DNA of 64,000 nt from Deferribacterales bacterium (GCA_050253075.1 JBFWJS010000003.1:277458-341457), one strand, 5' to 3'; shown: positions 1 through 9,406, counted from the first letter of the stretch. Notes: generated by a model not told the origin, from the letters alone. Made by a program: numbers and translations.

Positions 1-23
1 ATAAACAATATAGAGAAACTGAA

Positions 24-461
24 ATGAAAAAAGATTATAACGATAATGAAATGCTCAATATGCGTCTGGTACATGCCATATATAACGGCATGAAAAATAT
101 GCGCAGGAAAGAGTATGAAAAGATAAAGGAAACAGGGGTTACCTTTGCACAGTTTGAGGTTTTGGTGGTGGTGTATCACTTCCAGCCGATGACTGTGAAT
201 GCGATAATAGACAAAACGCTGTCAACCATAGGTAATATATCTCTGGTGATAGCGAACCTTGTGAAGGAAGGATATCTGGACTCTGTGCCTGATCCAAAGG
301 ATAAGAGGTCGAAGCTGATATCCCTGACTAAAAAGGGGGAGAAATTCATGGACGACTTCTTCCCTGAGCATCTTGAGAATCTGGATAATATCTTCGGCAT
401 TTTCTCCAAAGAGGAGAAAGAAGTACTGCTGTCACTCATGCGCAGACTGAGAATTAGTTAA
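24..461 (+). CDS. MarR family transcriptional regulator
   Basis: 145 aa; winged-helix with DKRSKLISLTKKG wing motif. Confidence 0.9.
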   Translation: MKKDYNDNEMLNMRLVHAIYNGMKNMRRKEYEKIKETGVTFAQFEVLVVVYHFQPMTVNAIIDKTLSTIGNISLVIANLVKEGYLDSVPDPKDKRSKLISLTKKGEKFMDDFFPEHLENLDNIFGIFSKEEKEVLLSLMRRLRIS

Positions 462-551
462 GTAATTAAAGTAAAAAATCACATCTCCATTAAAAATTCA
501 TAATTGATTATAACGATGGTTGCGTTACAATCAAAATATGGAGGTGTGAAA

Positions 552-2816
552 ATGAAAAGAATAATCAGTACGCTGATCTTGTGCAGCTTTCTCATATACG
601 GCTGCGGAGGCGGAGGCGGAAGCAGCAGTGGAGCGGTAGACGACTCAGGCGGAAGCTCGGTCAGCTCCGGCGTTGCAGTCGACCCATATCTTAAAGATGC
701 GATATTCTGTGTGGATATCGATCAAAACGGCATCTGCGGTGCAGATGAGCCCGAATCTACCCCTAGTGACGAAAACGGTGTATTCACTTTCGATAACTAC
801 GAAGTTCAGGAAGGGGACATCATCCTGATGAAATCAGCAGGCACACACAACGGCGTGCCTTTCCAATACGCTAAAATGATCGCAGTGTATCAGGGCGGAG
901 ACCTCATAGTTTCCCCGCTGACAACACTCCTTGCGAAGAGCCTCGACGCTGCTCAGATCGTAGCTCTTTTAGACCCGATTGGCACATACGGACTGACAGC
1001 AGACCTCGTCAGCATGGACCCTGTAGAGATAGTGGAGTCTATCGGTACAGAAGTTCTGACAGATGCGAACCTCGCAGCCATCAGAGCATCCATCGGCGCA
1101 TACATGCTGCTCCGTATGATAGATGCTAATCCTGCCCTTGCAGACCTTTCAGGCGACGACCTTGTGAACAATGACGACGTCAAAGACCTCGCAAGCAACA
1201 TGATGGCTATCGTTGCAGAGGCTATCACTGTCGAAAGGATAGAAGACTTCCAGACTATGGTGGATAACTCAGGCGTGGACGGACTCCCCGCTGTGGACAT
1301 CATGGACATCATCTACACAGCAGTGACCATATGCGACTATGCACTTGAGCTCGGTGAAGCCGAATTTGAGGCAAACGGAAACGTGAACGGCGTTATCAAC
1401 GCTATGAACTCATTCAAAAATACTCAGATGACAGCCCTTATCGATGAGGTAGGACCTAATCAGTATGTATACAGACTTAAAAGAGAACACGGCATAAACA
1501 TTCCTAACGGCGTGCCTTTCAGCACTGTGGACTTCAATGCATGTTCTCAGGGACTCCACATCGGCGGAAACGGCAGACCAATGTGCTACGGCGACGATGA
1601 AGAAACTGAAGCAACAGATGAGGAGATAGCCGAGGCTGTTGCCGATGCTCCTGAGATCAAGTTCGACTTTGACGAAGCATCATACACACCGCCTGCGGGC
1701 GCAGGTGATGCCAGAGCATCCAGCAGGATAGGCTTTGGTACAAATGCTGTCGGTGCATGCTATGTTTACGGCATCAGATACAACGCAAGCGAATTTGTCC
1801 CTAATGCGGACTATCTCAGATGTGTGGTTTCTGAAACTGCCGAAGCAGGCTACCTCGAAGGTATCAGCGAAGGCGCAGTTTACCTTAAGCTCACAAATTC
1901 TGATAATCAAAATCACTTTGCTAAGCTCACATACTCAAACGGCACAGCCACAGCAGACATCTGCTACAACCAGAATATGGCAGCCGACTATGCACCTGTA
2001 AAACAGAATGCACGTGTAACTGTGACATACTCCGAAGACGGCTATGTCGTAAACAGCACGATGCTTCTGGACAATAACTGGAACGGCACTCCTGAAGGGC
2101 TTGTGGAAGAAGGTCTTAAGATCGATGCTTCTGCCAGCGTTTCCGAGAGCGAAGGCGAGATGTATAGCTTCATCATCCACTTCCTTAACGAGCAGGGGGC
2201 AAACTGTGCGGATCTTCCTTCCGGTTCTTCCGCAACAGCCACAGACGACCAGTGCTTCCTCAGATACGAAGGAAACATATACTACGGACTCAGTGAAAGC
2301 GACGTCAGCTTCAGCAAGTATGACGGTCTCTTTGTTGAAAAAGTGTATGACGGAGGCCCCGGCGCATTCCTTGCGGGCGGATCAGTCTCTGCCGTTATCA
2401 GCGGCGGAAGTGCTTACTCCAGATATGCAGGCCTGACAACAGATACAGTATCATTTGACCTTGGTACACCTGAAAGCGAAGCCTGGACAGCCAGCAGTCT
2501 GCTTATCGATGCTCTGAGTTCCCTCGGGGCTGTTTTCGGCGAAATTCCGCTGCCTGAGAGAACAGTTACAATACCGGCTATCGAAGATGCTTGGGACTGC
2601 TCGGCAGACGCTTTTGTCACAGTCGATACAGACAGTATCGCAGGTATGGCTGATTGTGTAAGTGACAGCTCGCTTATAAACTTTGTCGGTGCCGCTGACC
2701 TTACAACATGTTCCGAAGGTACAGACAGCCCGACATTCCAGCAGCTTATGGATAACTACAGATGTAATGATGAAGATCCGCTTACGCTGAATGCCAACAT
2801 GTGCGCACCGGATTAA
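552..2816 (+). CDS. Large acidic lipoprotein of unknown function
   Basis: GGAGG RBS before ATG 552; lipobox IYGC followed by a Gly/Ser linker; VDPYL...CVDIDQNGICG...EP N-terminal motif seen in secreted proteins; strongly D/E-rich. Confidence 0.75.
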   Translation: MKRIISTLILCSFLIYGCGGGGGSSSGAVDDSGGSSVSSGVAVDPYLKDAIFCVDIDQNGICGADEPESTPSDENGVFTFDNYEVQEGDIILMKSAGTHNGVPFQYAKMIAVYQGGDLIVSPLTTLLAKSLDAAQIVALLDPIGTYGLTADLVSMDPVEIVESIGTEVLTDANLAAIRASIGAYMLLRMIDANPALADLSGDDLVNNDDVKDLASNMMAIVAEAITVERIEDFQTMVDNSGVDGLPAVDIMDIIYTAVTICDYALELGEAEFEANGNVNGVINAMNSFKNTQMTALIDEVGPNQYVYRLKREHGINIPNGVPFSTVDFNACSQGLHIGGNGRPMCYGDDEETEATDEEIAEAVADAPEIKFDFDEASYTPPAGAGDARASSRIGFGTNAVGACYVYGIRYNASEFVPNADYLRCVVSETAEAGYLEGISEGAVYLKLTNSDNQNHFAKLTYSNGTATADICYNQNMAADYAPVKQNARVTVTYSEDGYVVNSTMLLDNNWNGTPEGLVEEGLKIDASASVSESEGEMYSFIIHFLNEQGANCADLPSGSSATATDDQCFLRYEGNIYYGLSESDVSFSKYDGLFVEKVYDGGPGAFLAGGSVSAVISGGSAYSRYAGLTTDTVSFDLGTPESEAWTASSLLIDALSSLGAVFGEIPLPERTVTIPAIEDAWDCSADAFVTVDTDSIAGMADCVSDSSLINFVGAADLTTCSEGTDSPTFQQLMDNYRCNDEDPLTLNANMCAPD

Positions 2817-2837
2817 GCTGAGATATTTTAAAATGAT

Positions 2838-2867
2838 AAAGCCCCGTCTTACGGCGGGGCTTTTTTT
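2838..2867 (+). terminator. Rho-independent terminator
   Basis: AAAGCCCCGTC-TTAC-GGCGGGGCTTT followed by a T-run. Confidence 0.9.
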
Positions 2868-2888
2868 GTTAAAGCAAAATATTTTCTT

Positions 2889-3025
2889 GTCATCCTGAGC
2901 CTGCTTCGGCAGGTGTGGGGATCTCAAACCCTTGGTCAGCATGAATTCACAGTCACAGTGACGATATGTCATTGCTTGCCGAAGGTTATGAGATTCTTAC
3001 GTCGCCCGTGGCTCCTCAGAATGAC
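2889..3025. repeat. GTCA...TGAC palindromic (REP-like, CGTC-type) element
   Basis: GTCATCCTGAG...GGATCTC and GAGATTCT...CTCAGAATGAC terminal hairpins; homologous to 29596-29720 in reverse orientation. Confidence 0.8.
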
Positions 3026-3099
3026 TGTTTTAGTTAACTGCCATTATATGAATATTTTCAACATATCTTTCGCACGCTTTGGTTTTTCGAGGGCTTTTT

Positions 3100-4242
3100 T
3101 TATAGCGGGCTTTTAGTTTTAAATTCTGTAAAGTGCAGAAATACACTCAGGGCAGAGCCTTCGTGCGTGTATTCCGCATGACCTTTGAAATTATTTTCCA
3201 AAAGTTTTTTGATGAACATTAATTCCATTTCAGCATCGTCTTTGACTCTGGTATAGCTGATCTTCACAGTCAGCAGTCCGTCGTTTATCATATGCTCAAA
3301 GGTGATCTTATTGTTCTCTTTCCCTTCGATTATACCGAGGGTGATGAGGTGGCGGATGAGGAACTGATAAAGCTCTTTGTCGCCGCTGATGACCACATTC
3401 CCTTTGTTACATCCGTGGAAGCATTTTTTCGTACCCGTACCGCATCGAATCTTAAAATTTTCTGTGATGTCGATGAACGTCTCGGTGATGATGTCGCCTA
3501 GTGCATGACAGTTCAGGCTGACGTGTGTTTCGGTCTTTTTCAGGATGTCGTTCAGTCTCTCTATGTTGTTAAACATGGTCTCAGAGATGTTTATGATATC
3601 CTCGTCTGAATCGTTAGAGTAGAAGACCGCCATCTCGTCGATGGATTCAGACAGCCTCGATATCTCGTTGAAAACCTGCCTTGTGGCAAAGTTCATATAG
3701 TATTTTGTAAGGCTGCTGTCTTCGAACTGTTCCTTTATGTCCTGAGTGAAGAGCGAGATGCTGTTCAGAGGCTGTCTCCATGTGTGCATGGATTCAGATA
3801 TGATTTGTCTGACTATCTCGTTGTCGTCGCTCTTGTTCTCCAGCTTTCTCTGCTTATACTGGGCTGTGGTATCGTATATCTTCACTGTGTATATTTCGTC
3901 ATCTTCTATAACTTGATAACACGCCGTGAGGAACATCCAGTAAGAGCTGTCCTCGGAATATAAGGGGAACTCATAGGTGAAGCATCTGGTAAGGTCGCCA
4001 TGCAGCTCTTTCAGACCCTTTATGATGTTATGGATGATCAGCTCGTCTTCGTGCAGATACTCCGACATAAGGTCTCTGAGCGAGATATTCTTGCCCTCTG
4101 TAAGTTTTGTCTGTAATATCTCTAGTAGAGATTTGAAAGAGTTATTCACCCAAAGTATATCTAACTCTTTATTTAACAGAACAATCTTTTCCGGGCTGTT
4201 TGTGTAAGTCCTAATAATATGTTCTTGAACGTTGATTTGCAT
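3100..4242 (-). CDS. PAS-like/HisKA protein with degenerate ATPase domain (pseudokinase-like)
   Basis: N-terminal PAS-like segment; H-box HTWRQPLN; no recognisable N/G1/G2 boxes; Cys-rich insert. Confidence 0.65.
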   Translation of the reverse strand: MQINVQEHIIRTYTNSPEKIVLLNKELDILWVNNSFKSLLEILQTKLTEGKNISLRDLMSEYLHEDELIIHNIIKGLKELHGDLTRCFTYEFPLYSEDSSYWMFLTACYQVIEDDEIYTVKIYDTTAQYKQRKLENKSDDNEIVRQIISESMHTWRQPLNSISLFTQDIKEQFEDSSLTKYYMNFATRQVFNEISRLSESIDEMAVFYSNDSDEDIINISETMFNNIERLNDILKKTETHVSLNCHALGDIITETFIDITENFKIRCGTGTKKCFHGCNKGNVVISGDKELYQFLIRHLITLGIIEGKENNKITFEHMINDGLLTVKISYTRVKDDAEMELMFIKKLLENNFKGHAEYTHEGSALSVFLHFTEFKTKSPL

Positions 4243-4503
4243 GCGGAGTATAATATCTGAATTAAATTTTTTTTCAATCAGAAATTACTTAACATTTGAT
4301 AAAAAAGACAAAATAAGTATAGTAATATAAATGGCTGTTAATATTAACTTTTGCGGACTATCTGAAGATAAAAAGTATCATATAAAATTTTGATAGTTAT
4401 CAATGCTTTGAGCATTGATGCGGGTGTGATGCGAGAAAATTAACGTATAATAAACCTAACAAAAAATTGGTAAGTATATTTAACTACCCGGCGATGGAGT
4501 GTA

Positions 4504-4767
4504 ATGGCAGAATTCACGGTAAAAATCGTCGATCAGCGAGCCACCTCTGGTATACTCTGAGGTGATTGTCCTCTTTTAATTAAGAGGCACCTCATAGGTC
4601 TATGGGGTATAGACTCGGTCGACTTTGACCTACAGACTGCGACCTTTCATGTTGTGTCCCGTGTGACACATGCAGGTGCTCTGCGCCTTATTATCAGCAG
4701 AGGGTTAAATGCCTTATCTAAAATACATTTCAAAGATTTCAAAGTTTATTCCATAGAGCCGAAATAA
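4504..4767 (+). CDS. Putative selenoprotein, MerP/HMA-like heavy-metal-binding domain (UxxC), 87 aa
   Basis: Hand translation MAEFTVKIVDQRATSGIL-U(TGA 4558-4560)-GDCPLLIKRHLIGLWGIDSVDFDLQTATFHV...IEPK*; GGAG at 4496-4499; hairpin at the TGA; terminator directly after TAA. Confidence 0.7.
4558..4594 (+). promoter_or_regulatory. SECIS-like stem-loop
   Basis: TGAGGTG-ATTGT-CCTCTT-TTAATT-AAGAGG-CACCTCA. Confidence 0.55.
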
Positions 4768-4790
4768 AAAAAGGCTCCGAAGAGCCTTTT
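4766..4790. terminator. Bidirectional terminator
   Basis: AAAAGGCTC-CGAA-GAGCCTTTT between convergent genes. Confidence 0.85.
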
Positions 4791-4791
4791 G

Positions 4792-5346
4792 TCATTGTAT
4801 CATAAATATCAGGAAAATGACCGGTATGGCAAAGCCTGCCGTGGTCAGCAGTATGCCTCTCCGCATAGTCTTCTTTCTTATCATCAGGAGCCCCGATATA
4901 GCCAGATAGGCGAGGAGTACGGCATAAATATCTGCTGCTATTGTCCATGCCCCCTTCGGCTTATTCAGGTGCAGATAGTTCAGCTCATACAGGATAGGGC
5001 GCTTTTCAAATTTTATTATGTCTACACGCCCGGTGGGGAGCGATATGTCTATCGTGTTATCCCCTGCGAATATGCGCATTACCTCCGGCGACATCATAGA
5101 CACATTCTTAAACTCGCCGTAATCGCCGAGCTCTGCCATCTTTTGTCTCACCAGATTCATATCGGGCTGTACGTTCATAGGCACTGGAGTCACCTGTGCG
5201 AAGCTCCGTTCTATCTTATAGCTGGGGTTGAACTCTCTGGATAAATGGTTCACCGCGACACCGCTTATCGCATATAAAAGTGTCAGTCCGATGCAGAGGA
5301 ACCCTATGTCCCTGTGCAGTATATAGTTTATCTTACGCCAATTCAT
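4792..5346 (-). CDS. PepSY-associated TM helix protein
   Basis: LHRDIGF...SGVAVNH and LNYLH motifs; three TM segments. Confidence 0.8.
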   Translation of the reverse strand: MNWRKINYILHRDIGFLCIGLTLLYAISGVAVNHLSREFNPSYKIERSFAQVTPVPMNVQPDMNLVRQKMAELGDYGEFKNVSMMSPEVMRIFAGDNTIDISLPTGRVDIIKFEKRPILYELNYLHLNKPKGAWTIAADIYAVLLAYLAISGLLMIRKKTMRRGILLTTAGFAIPVIFLIFMIQ

Positions 5347-5347
5347 T

Positions 5348-5806
5348 TTATTCTATTACAGCTCCCAGACCCTGTACACGATAGAGCTTCATTGGCTCTT
5401 TCACTGTGGACGGGTCGAATTTTACGCCTTTTTCATACGCCTGATGTTCATAGTATTCGATGGTCTCTTCGAGGTCAAAATCAAGCTCTTCGACTATTCC
5501 TTCGACCTTTGCTGTGCGGCCTCTCGCCTCCATAGGGAATACTATTACTCCGTCGATGACCTTTACTTCCATCTTTTTGAATGCTTCATCGCTGGCAATG
5601 TCTATCCAGCATCCTCTGGCTGCGCAGACGTCTATCACCATCCCCTGAACCTGAACACGTTTGCCCAGATATTTTTCAGGATGTGCGTTTATCTCGGATA
5701 TCTTTGTAGTGCTGTTCAGCTTCAGCGGCTCTCCGAGAAAGATAGGTTTCGCATATGCAGTAACGGATGCAAGGATAAGGGCTAGAATGATTAGATATTT
5801 TTTCAT
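5348..5806 (-). CDS. DUF4920-like exported OB-fold protein
   Basis: Signal peptide; VCAARGCW motif. Confidence 0.7.
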   Translation of the reverse strand: MKKYLIILALILASVTAYAKPIFLGEPLKLNSTTKISEINAHPEKYLGKRVQVQGMVIDVCAARGCWIDIASDEAFKKMEVKVIDGVIVFPMEARGRTAKVEGIVEELDFDLEETIEYYEHQAYEKGVKFDPSTVKEPMKLYRVQGLGAVIE

Positions 5807-5875
5807 TATGCTCTCCGAATAATAATTTCTACTTTTTCAAATGTCTTTTGGGATCAAATATACGGAAGAGAACCG

Positions 5876-6256
5876 CTATGCCGTGATATCTCTCTCAGGG
5901 ACAACCTCGAGCCACCATCCGTCGGGGTCGCTGATGAAGTAGAGTCCCATTGCGATATTTTCATAGCAGATGCAGTCCATCTCTTTGTGTTTTTTATAAA
6001 ATCCGTCGAAGTCGTCCACACGGAAAGCGAGGTGTATCTCGTTGTCTCCGAGGTTGTACGGCTCTTTTCTGTCACGCAGCCATGTGAGCTCTATCTCCAT
6101 GTCTGACATGCCGTCTGTGAGATACACAAGGATAAAGTTCCCCTCGGGGTGCTCATACCTGCGTTTTTCCTTCATGCCGAGGGCTTCGTCATAAAATTTA
6201 AGGCTTTTTTCCAGGTCTAATACATTGATATTCGTATGGATATACTTGGCTTTCAT
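5876..6256 (-). CDS. gloA: Lactoylglutathione lyase / VOC family
   Basis: HTNINV.DLEKSL.FY, ELT, HLAF, DPDG..LE motifs. Confidence 0.8.
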   Translation of the reverse strand: MKAKYIHTNINVLDLEKSLKFYDEALGMKEKRRYEHPEGNFILVYLTDGMSDMEIELTWLRDRKEPYNLGDNEIHLAFRVDDFDGFYKKHKEMDCICYENIAMGLYFISDPDGWWLEVVPERDITA

Positions 6257-6265
6257 CTCTTCTCC

Positions 6266-7225
6266 TTAAAACCGCTTAGAAATTTTTAATAATACGATCT
6301 GTGCAGCGAGAACGGCGACGCAGACAAGGCTGAAAACTTTGAATCCGTTCATGCTGGCAGCTCCCGGGATACCCCCCAGATTCACTCCCAAAAGCCCCGT
6401 AAGGAAGCTGAGCGGGAGGAACACCGCTGTCATTATAGACAAAAGATACATGTTTTTGTTCATCTTTTCTCCCGACACGGCGCTCAGATCGTCTTTAAGG
6501 ATGTGGCATCTGTTTGTGATGGATTCCAGCTCTTCCAGATACCTTCTGGTTACGTTTATGCTTTCTGTTATCACTATTCTGTCGTCTTCGGTGAATGTGT
6601 TTGTCTTTATGGTCATCAGCTTCACCAGAGCGTCTTTCTGTGGTGAAAGGTATCTGGCAAAGGATACGGCGGCACGGCGCACTTCGGATATTGTGCCCCT
6701 TTTGTTCAGGTCTGTATGGTCTATTACATGGCACTCGAAGTCATACACCCAGTCATTCTTTTCGGATATATATGCCTCTATCCTGTCGGTGATCAGCTCT
6801 ATGGCGTATGAGAGGAATTCGCCCTTATTCGCAGGGGGGAATTCTCCGTGGAGCACTTCCACCATGTCCTTTATGATATGTATCTCTTTCAGGCTGGTGG
6901 ATATTATGCGATTCTTCTGTATGAACATCCTCATGGAGAGCATGTCGTATGGCTGTTCGTCACGGCTGGTATTCACCGCACGCAGGTTCAGCAGAACCCC
7001 GTCGGGGAAGACAGTGGTTCGTGGGCGTGTGTCTTCATCGGTGAGACTCTCTATTACGGGTTCGTCGAAATCGTGCTCATAAAGCCACTTCTGCGTGCTG
7101 AGACTCTCTCTGTAGAAGTGTATCCAGTGCAGGGTGTAGCTGCCGTCCTCCGGCATCTTGTCCCCAATGTTTTCCCATTTGCCTTCTTTGGTCAGTATCA
7201 GGTTCTGAAGTATAAAATCACTCAT
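6266..7225 (-). CDS. zntB: ZntB/CorA family divalent metal transporter
   Basis: FLPLSFLTGLLGVNLGGIPG (GVN signature); TRPR motif. Confidence 0.85.
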   Translation of the reverse strand: MSDFILQNLILTKEGKWENIGDKMPEDGSYTLHWIHFYRESLSTQKWLYEHDFDEPVIESLTDEDTRPRTTVFPDGVLLNLRAVNTSRDEQPYDMLSMRMFIQKNRIISTSLKEIHIIKDMVEVLHGEFPPANKGEFLSYAIELITDRIEAYISEKNDWVYDFECHVIDHTDLNKRGTISEVRRAAVSFARYLSPQKDALVKLMTIKTNTFTEDDRIVITESINVTRRYLEELESITNRCHILKDDLSAVSGEKMNKNMYLLSIMTAVFLPLSFLTGLLGVNLGGIPGAASMNGFKVFSLVCVAVLAAQIVLLKISKRF

Positions 7226-7356
7226 AAAACACCATGTAAATATTTATCCCTAAGTATCTCGACTTTTAAGCTCTCCGTCAACGGTACTTTTAAGCTATTG
7301 ACTAGTTTGCCCCGACATATTATTTTTTATATATTATATTTATTCAGGAGCAGTTA

Positions 7357-7797
7357 ATGCGATTTATTTTATTGATAGTGTTTGCACTATTTTCCTTTAA
7401 TGTTTATGCGGACGGAATGCCGACCCTGAACATGGACCAGCTCATGACAGAAGTTAAATCCCACAGTGCCAAGACAATGGTTGTTTTCTGGGCTCCGTGG
7501 TGTCCATTCTGCATGAAAGAGCTGAAGATAATAAGAGACAACCCTGACTTTGTGAAAAACAACAATCTGCAGGTCATCGGGCTCACCAAAAAGCCTGATA
7601 AGAGCAGAGCAATAGCATTTGTGGAAAAAGAGAATATGCCTTTTAAATTCTTCATCGGAGAGCAGGAAATATATGACCGTCTCCAGAAGATAGACGCTGT
7701 GCCCCTTACTCTGGTATACGGCAGCGACGGCAAGCTCCTGGACTATGAATACGGAAAGCAGAGCGTGGAAGACCTTGCTCTGATGCTGGAAGATTAA
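7357..7797 (+). CDS. TlpA-like thioredoxin-fold protein, exported
   Basis: Signal peptide; FWAPWCPFC. Confidence 0.85.
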   Translation: MRFILLIVFALFSFNVYADGMPTLNMDQLMTEVKSHSAKTMVVFWAPWCPFCMKELKIIRDNPDFVKNNNLQVIGLTKKPDKSRAIAFVEKENMPFKFFIGEQEIYDRLQKIDAVPLTLVYGSDGKLLDYEYGKQSVEDLALMLED

Positions 7798-8990
7798 TCC
7801 ATCTTAATGAATATACACTTAAGGTAGGCTCCCTCGGGGAAGCCTATCGGGTGGTCTATGGCGTGGGCTGTGCGCTTTATCTCGCTGTATCTTCTGCCTG
7901 ATGCTTTTACGGCATTGATGACAGCGGTGAAGAATTCGTCCTTAGACACCCTTGCCGAGCATGAAGCGGCGACCAGTATGCCGTTTTGTTCTATCAGTTT
8001 CACTGCGAGCTTATTCAGCTTTTCATAGGCTTTCAGTGCGCCCGGTACGTCCGGCTGCTTCCTTGCGAAGGAAGGCGGGTCTACTATCACCATGCCGAAT
8101 TTACGTTTCTCGGCTGACAGTCTCTCCATCTCCTCAAATGCGTCTCCGCATATTATCTCATGTGGAGTGGTGAATCCGTTCAGCTCATAGTTCTGCACAC
8201 ATTCGTCCAGAGCAGGCTTTGATATGTCCAGGCTGGCTACCTTTTTAGCTCCGCCCTGCGCCGCATAAAGGCTGAATCCGCCTGTATAGGCAAAGATGTT
8301 CAGCACGGAGAGTCCTTCTGACATGTCGCCCACGAGCTTTCGGTTGTCCCGCTGATCGAGGAAGAAGCCTGTCTTCTGGCCTTCTACGGGGTCTGCATAG
8401 AATTTTATGCCGTTTTCAAAGAAGGTCACAGGTTTTGAAATCTTATTTCCGAAGACGACAGAGCCGTCGGGGATATCAGAGAATTCCTTAACGGTACGGC
8501 TCATCCGCAGGACTATCCTTTCGGGTTTTATCAGTGCTATGAAGATGTCTTTCAGTGTTTCCAGATGTGGGAGCCAGCATGTGCTGTCCAGTTTTATCAC
8601 GAGGGTTGTGTCGTATATGTCAGCGACAACTCCCGCCAGAGCGTCGTTTTCACCGTTTACAAGTCGGTATCCCGTTGTCTGCGGGTCGTTTATCAGCTTC
8701 GCACGTTTATCTATACTTGCGCTTATCCTGCCTGTCAGCCACTCTTTGTCCAGTATTATCTGTTTGCCCGAGTGGAGCACACGCACCACTATTGGGGAAT
8801 GTGCATCGTACAGACCGATACCGGCAAACTGACGCTTGCTGTCGTAGAGTATGGCTATGTCGCCTGAATTACCCTGCTTGTTCATCCTTTCCACAGCTTT
8901 GTCATAAAGCCACGGATGACCCTTGCGGACGACCTGATGCCCCTTATAAGTGAGAATGATAGAAATAATGTTGTCTGATATAGCTCCCAT
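7794..8990 (-). CDS. RlmI-like class I SAM-dependent rRNA methyltransferase
   Basis: GHPW PUA-like start; GQKTGFFLDQR, FAYTGGF, VDPPSF, SCS motifs. Confidence 0.88.
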   Translation of the reverse strand: MGAISDNIISIILTYKGHQVVRKGHPWLYDKAVERMNKQGNSGDIAILYDSKRQFAGIGLYDAHSPIVVRVLHSGKQIILDKEWLTGRISASIDKRAKLINDPQTTGYRLVNGENDALAGVVADIYDTTLVIKLDSTCWLPHLETLKDIFIALIKPERIVLRMSRTVKEFSDIPDGSVVFGNKISKPVTFFENGIKFYADPVEGQKTGFFLDQRDNRKLVGDMSEGLSVLNIFAYTGGFSLYAAQGGAKKVASLDISKPALDECVQNYELNGFTTPHEIICGDAFEEMERLSAEKRKFGMVIVDPPSFARKQPDVPGALKAYEKLNKLAVKLIEQNGILVAASCSARVSKDEFFTAVINAVKASGRRYSEIKRTAHAIDHPIGFPEGAYLKCIFIKMD

Positions 8991-9028
8991 TGGGAGATAT
9001 TAGATGTTTTTAACGAAACAGACAACAG

Positions 9029-9364
9029 CTATATAGCGACGTCTGCCATTCTCAGGTTTTTAAGTGTCTGTGTGACAACCAGAGCGGTCTTTGCCATAGA
9101 GATCATCTGCCTCAGATCAAACTCGGGAGTGATACATACGGGAATGTCCGTGTTCAGACTGACGAATTCCCATACGGAGGCGTCAGCGTCGGCAGGCTTC
9201 ATTGTGTAATGTTTCTGCCCGTCCAGCGACGTCGTCTGGTCGTACCTCAGAGACTGCAGCCTGTAGAGATAGCCGAATGCAGTCCAGAGCTCTTCGTCCG
9301 TGAAAGATGATGTGTGTGCAACCTCAGCTCCGCCGATGGTTGTTTTTCTCAGTTCATTTGTCAT
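9029..9364 (-). CDS. Hypothetical protein
   Basis: 111 aa ORF filling the gap; no motif recognised. Confidence 0.55.
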   Translation of the reverse strand: MTNELRKTTIGGAEVAHTSSFTDEELWTAFGYLYRLQSLRYDQTTSLDGQKHYTMKPADADASVWEFVSLNTDIPVCITPEFDLRQMISMAKTALVVTQTLKNLRMADVAI

Positions 9365-9406
9365 ATAATGAATATCGGAGATATATTTTAGAATATAAGC
9401 AGATTA

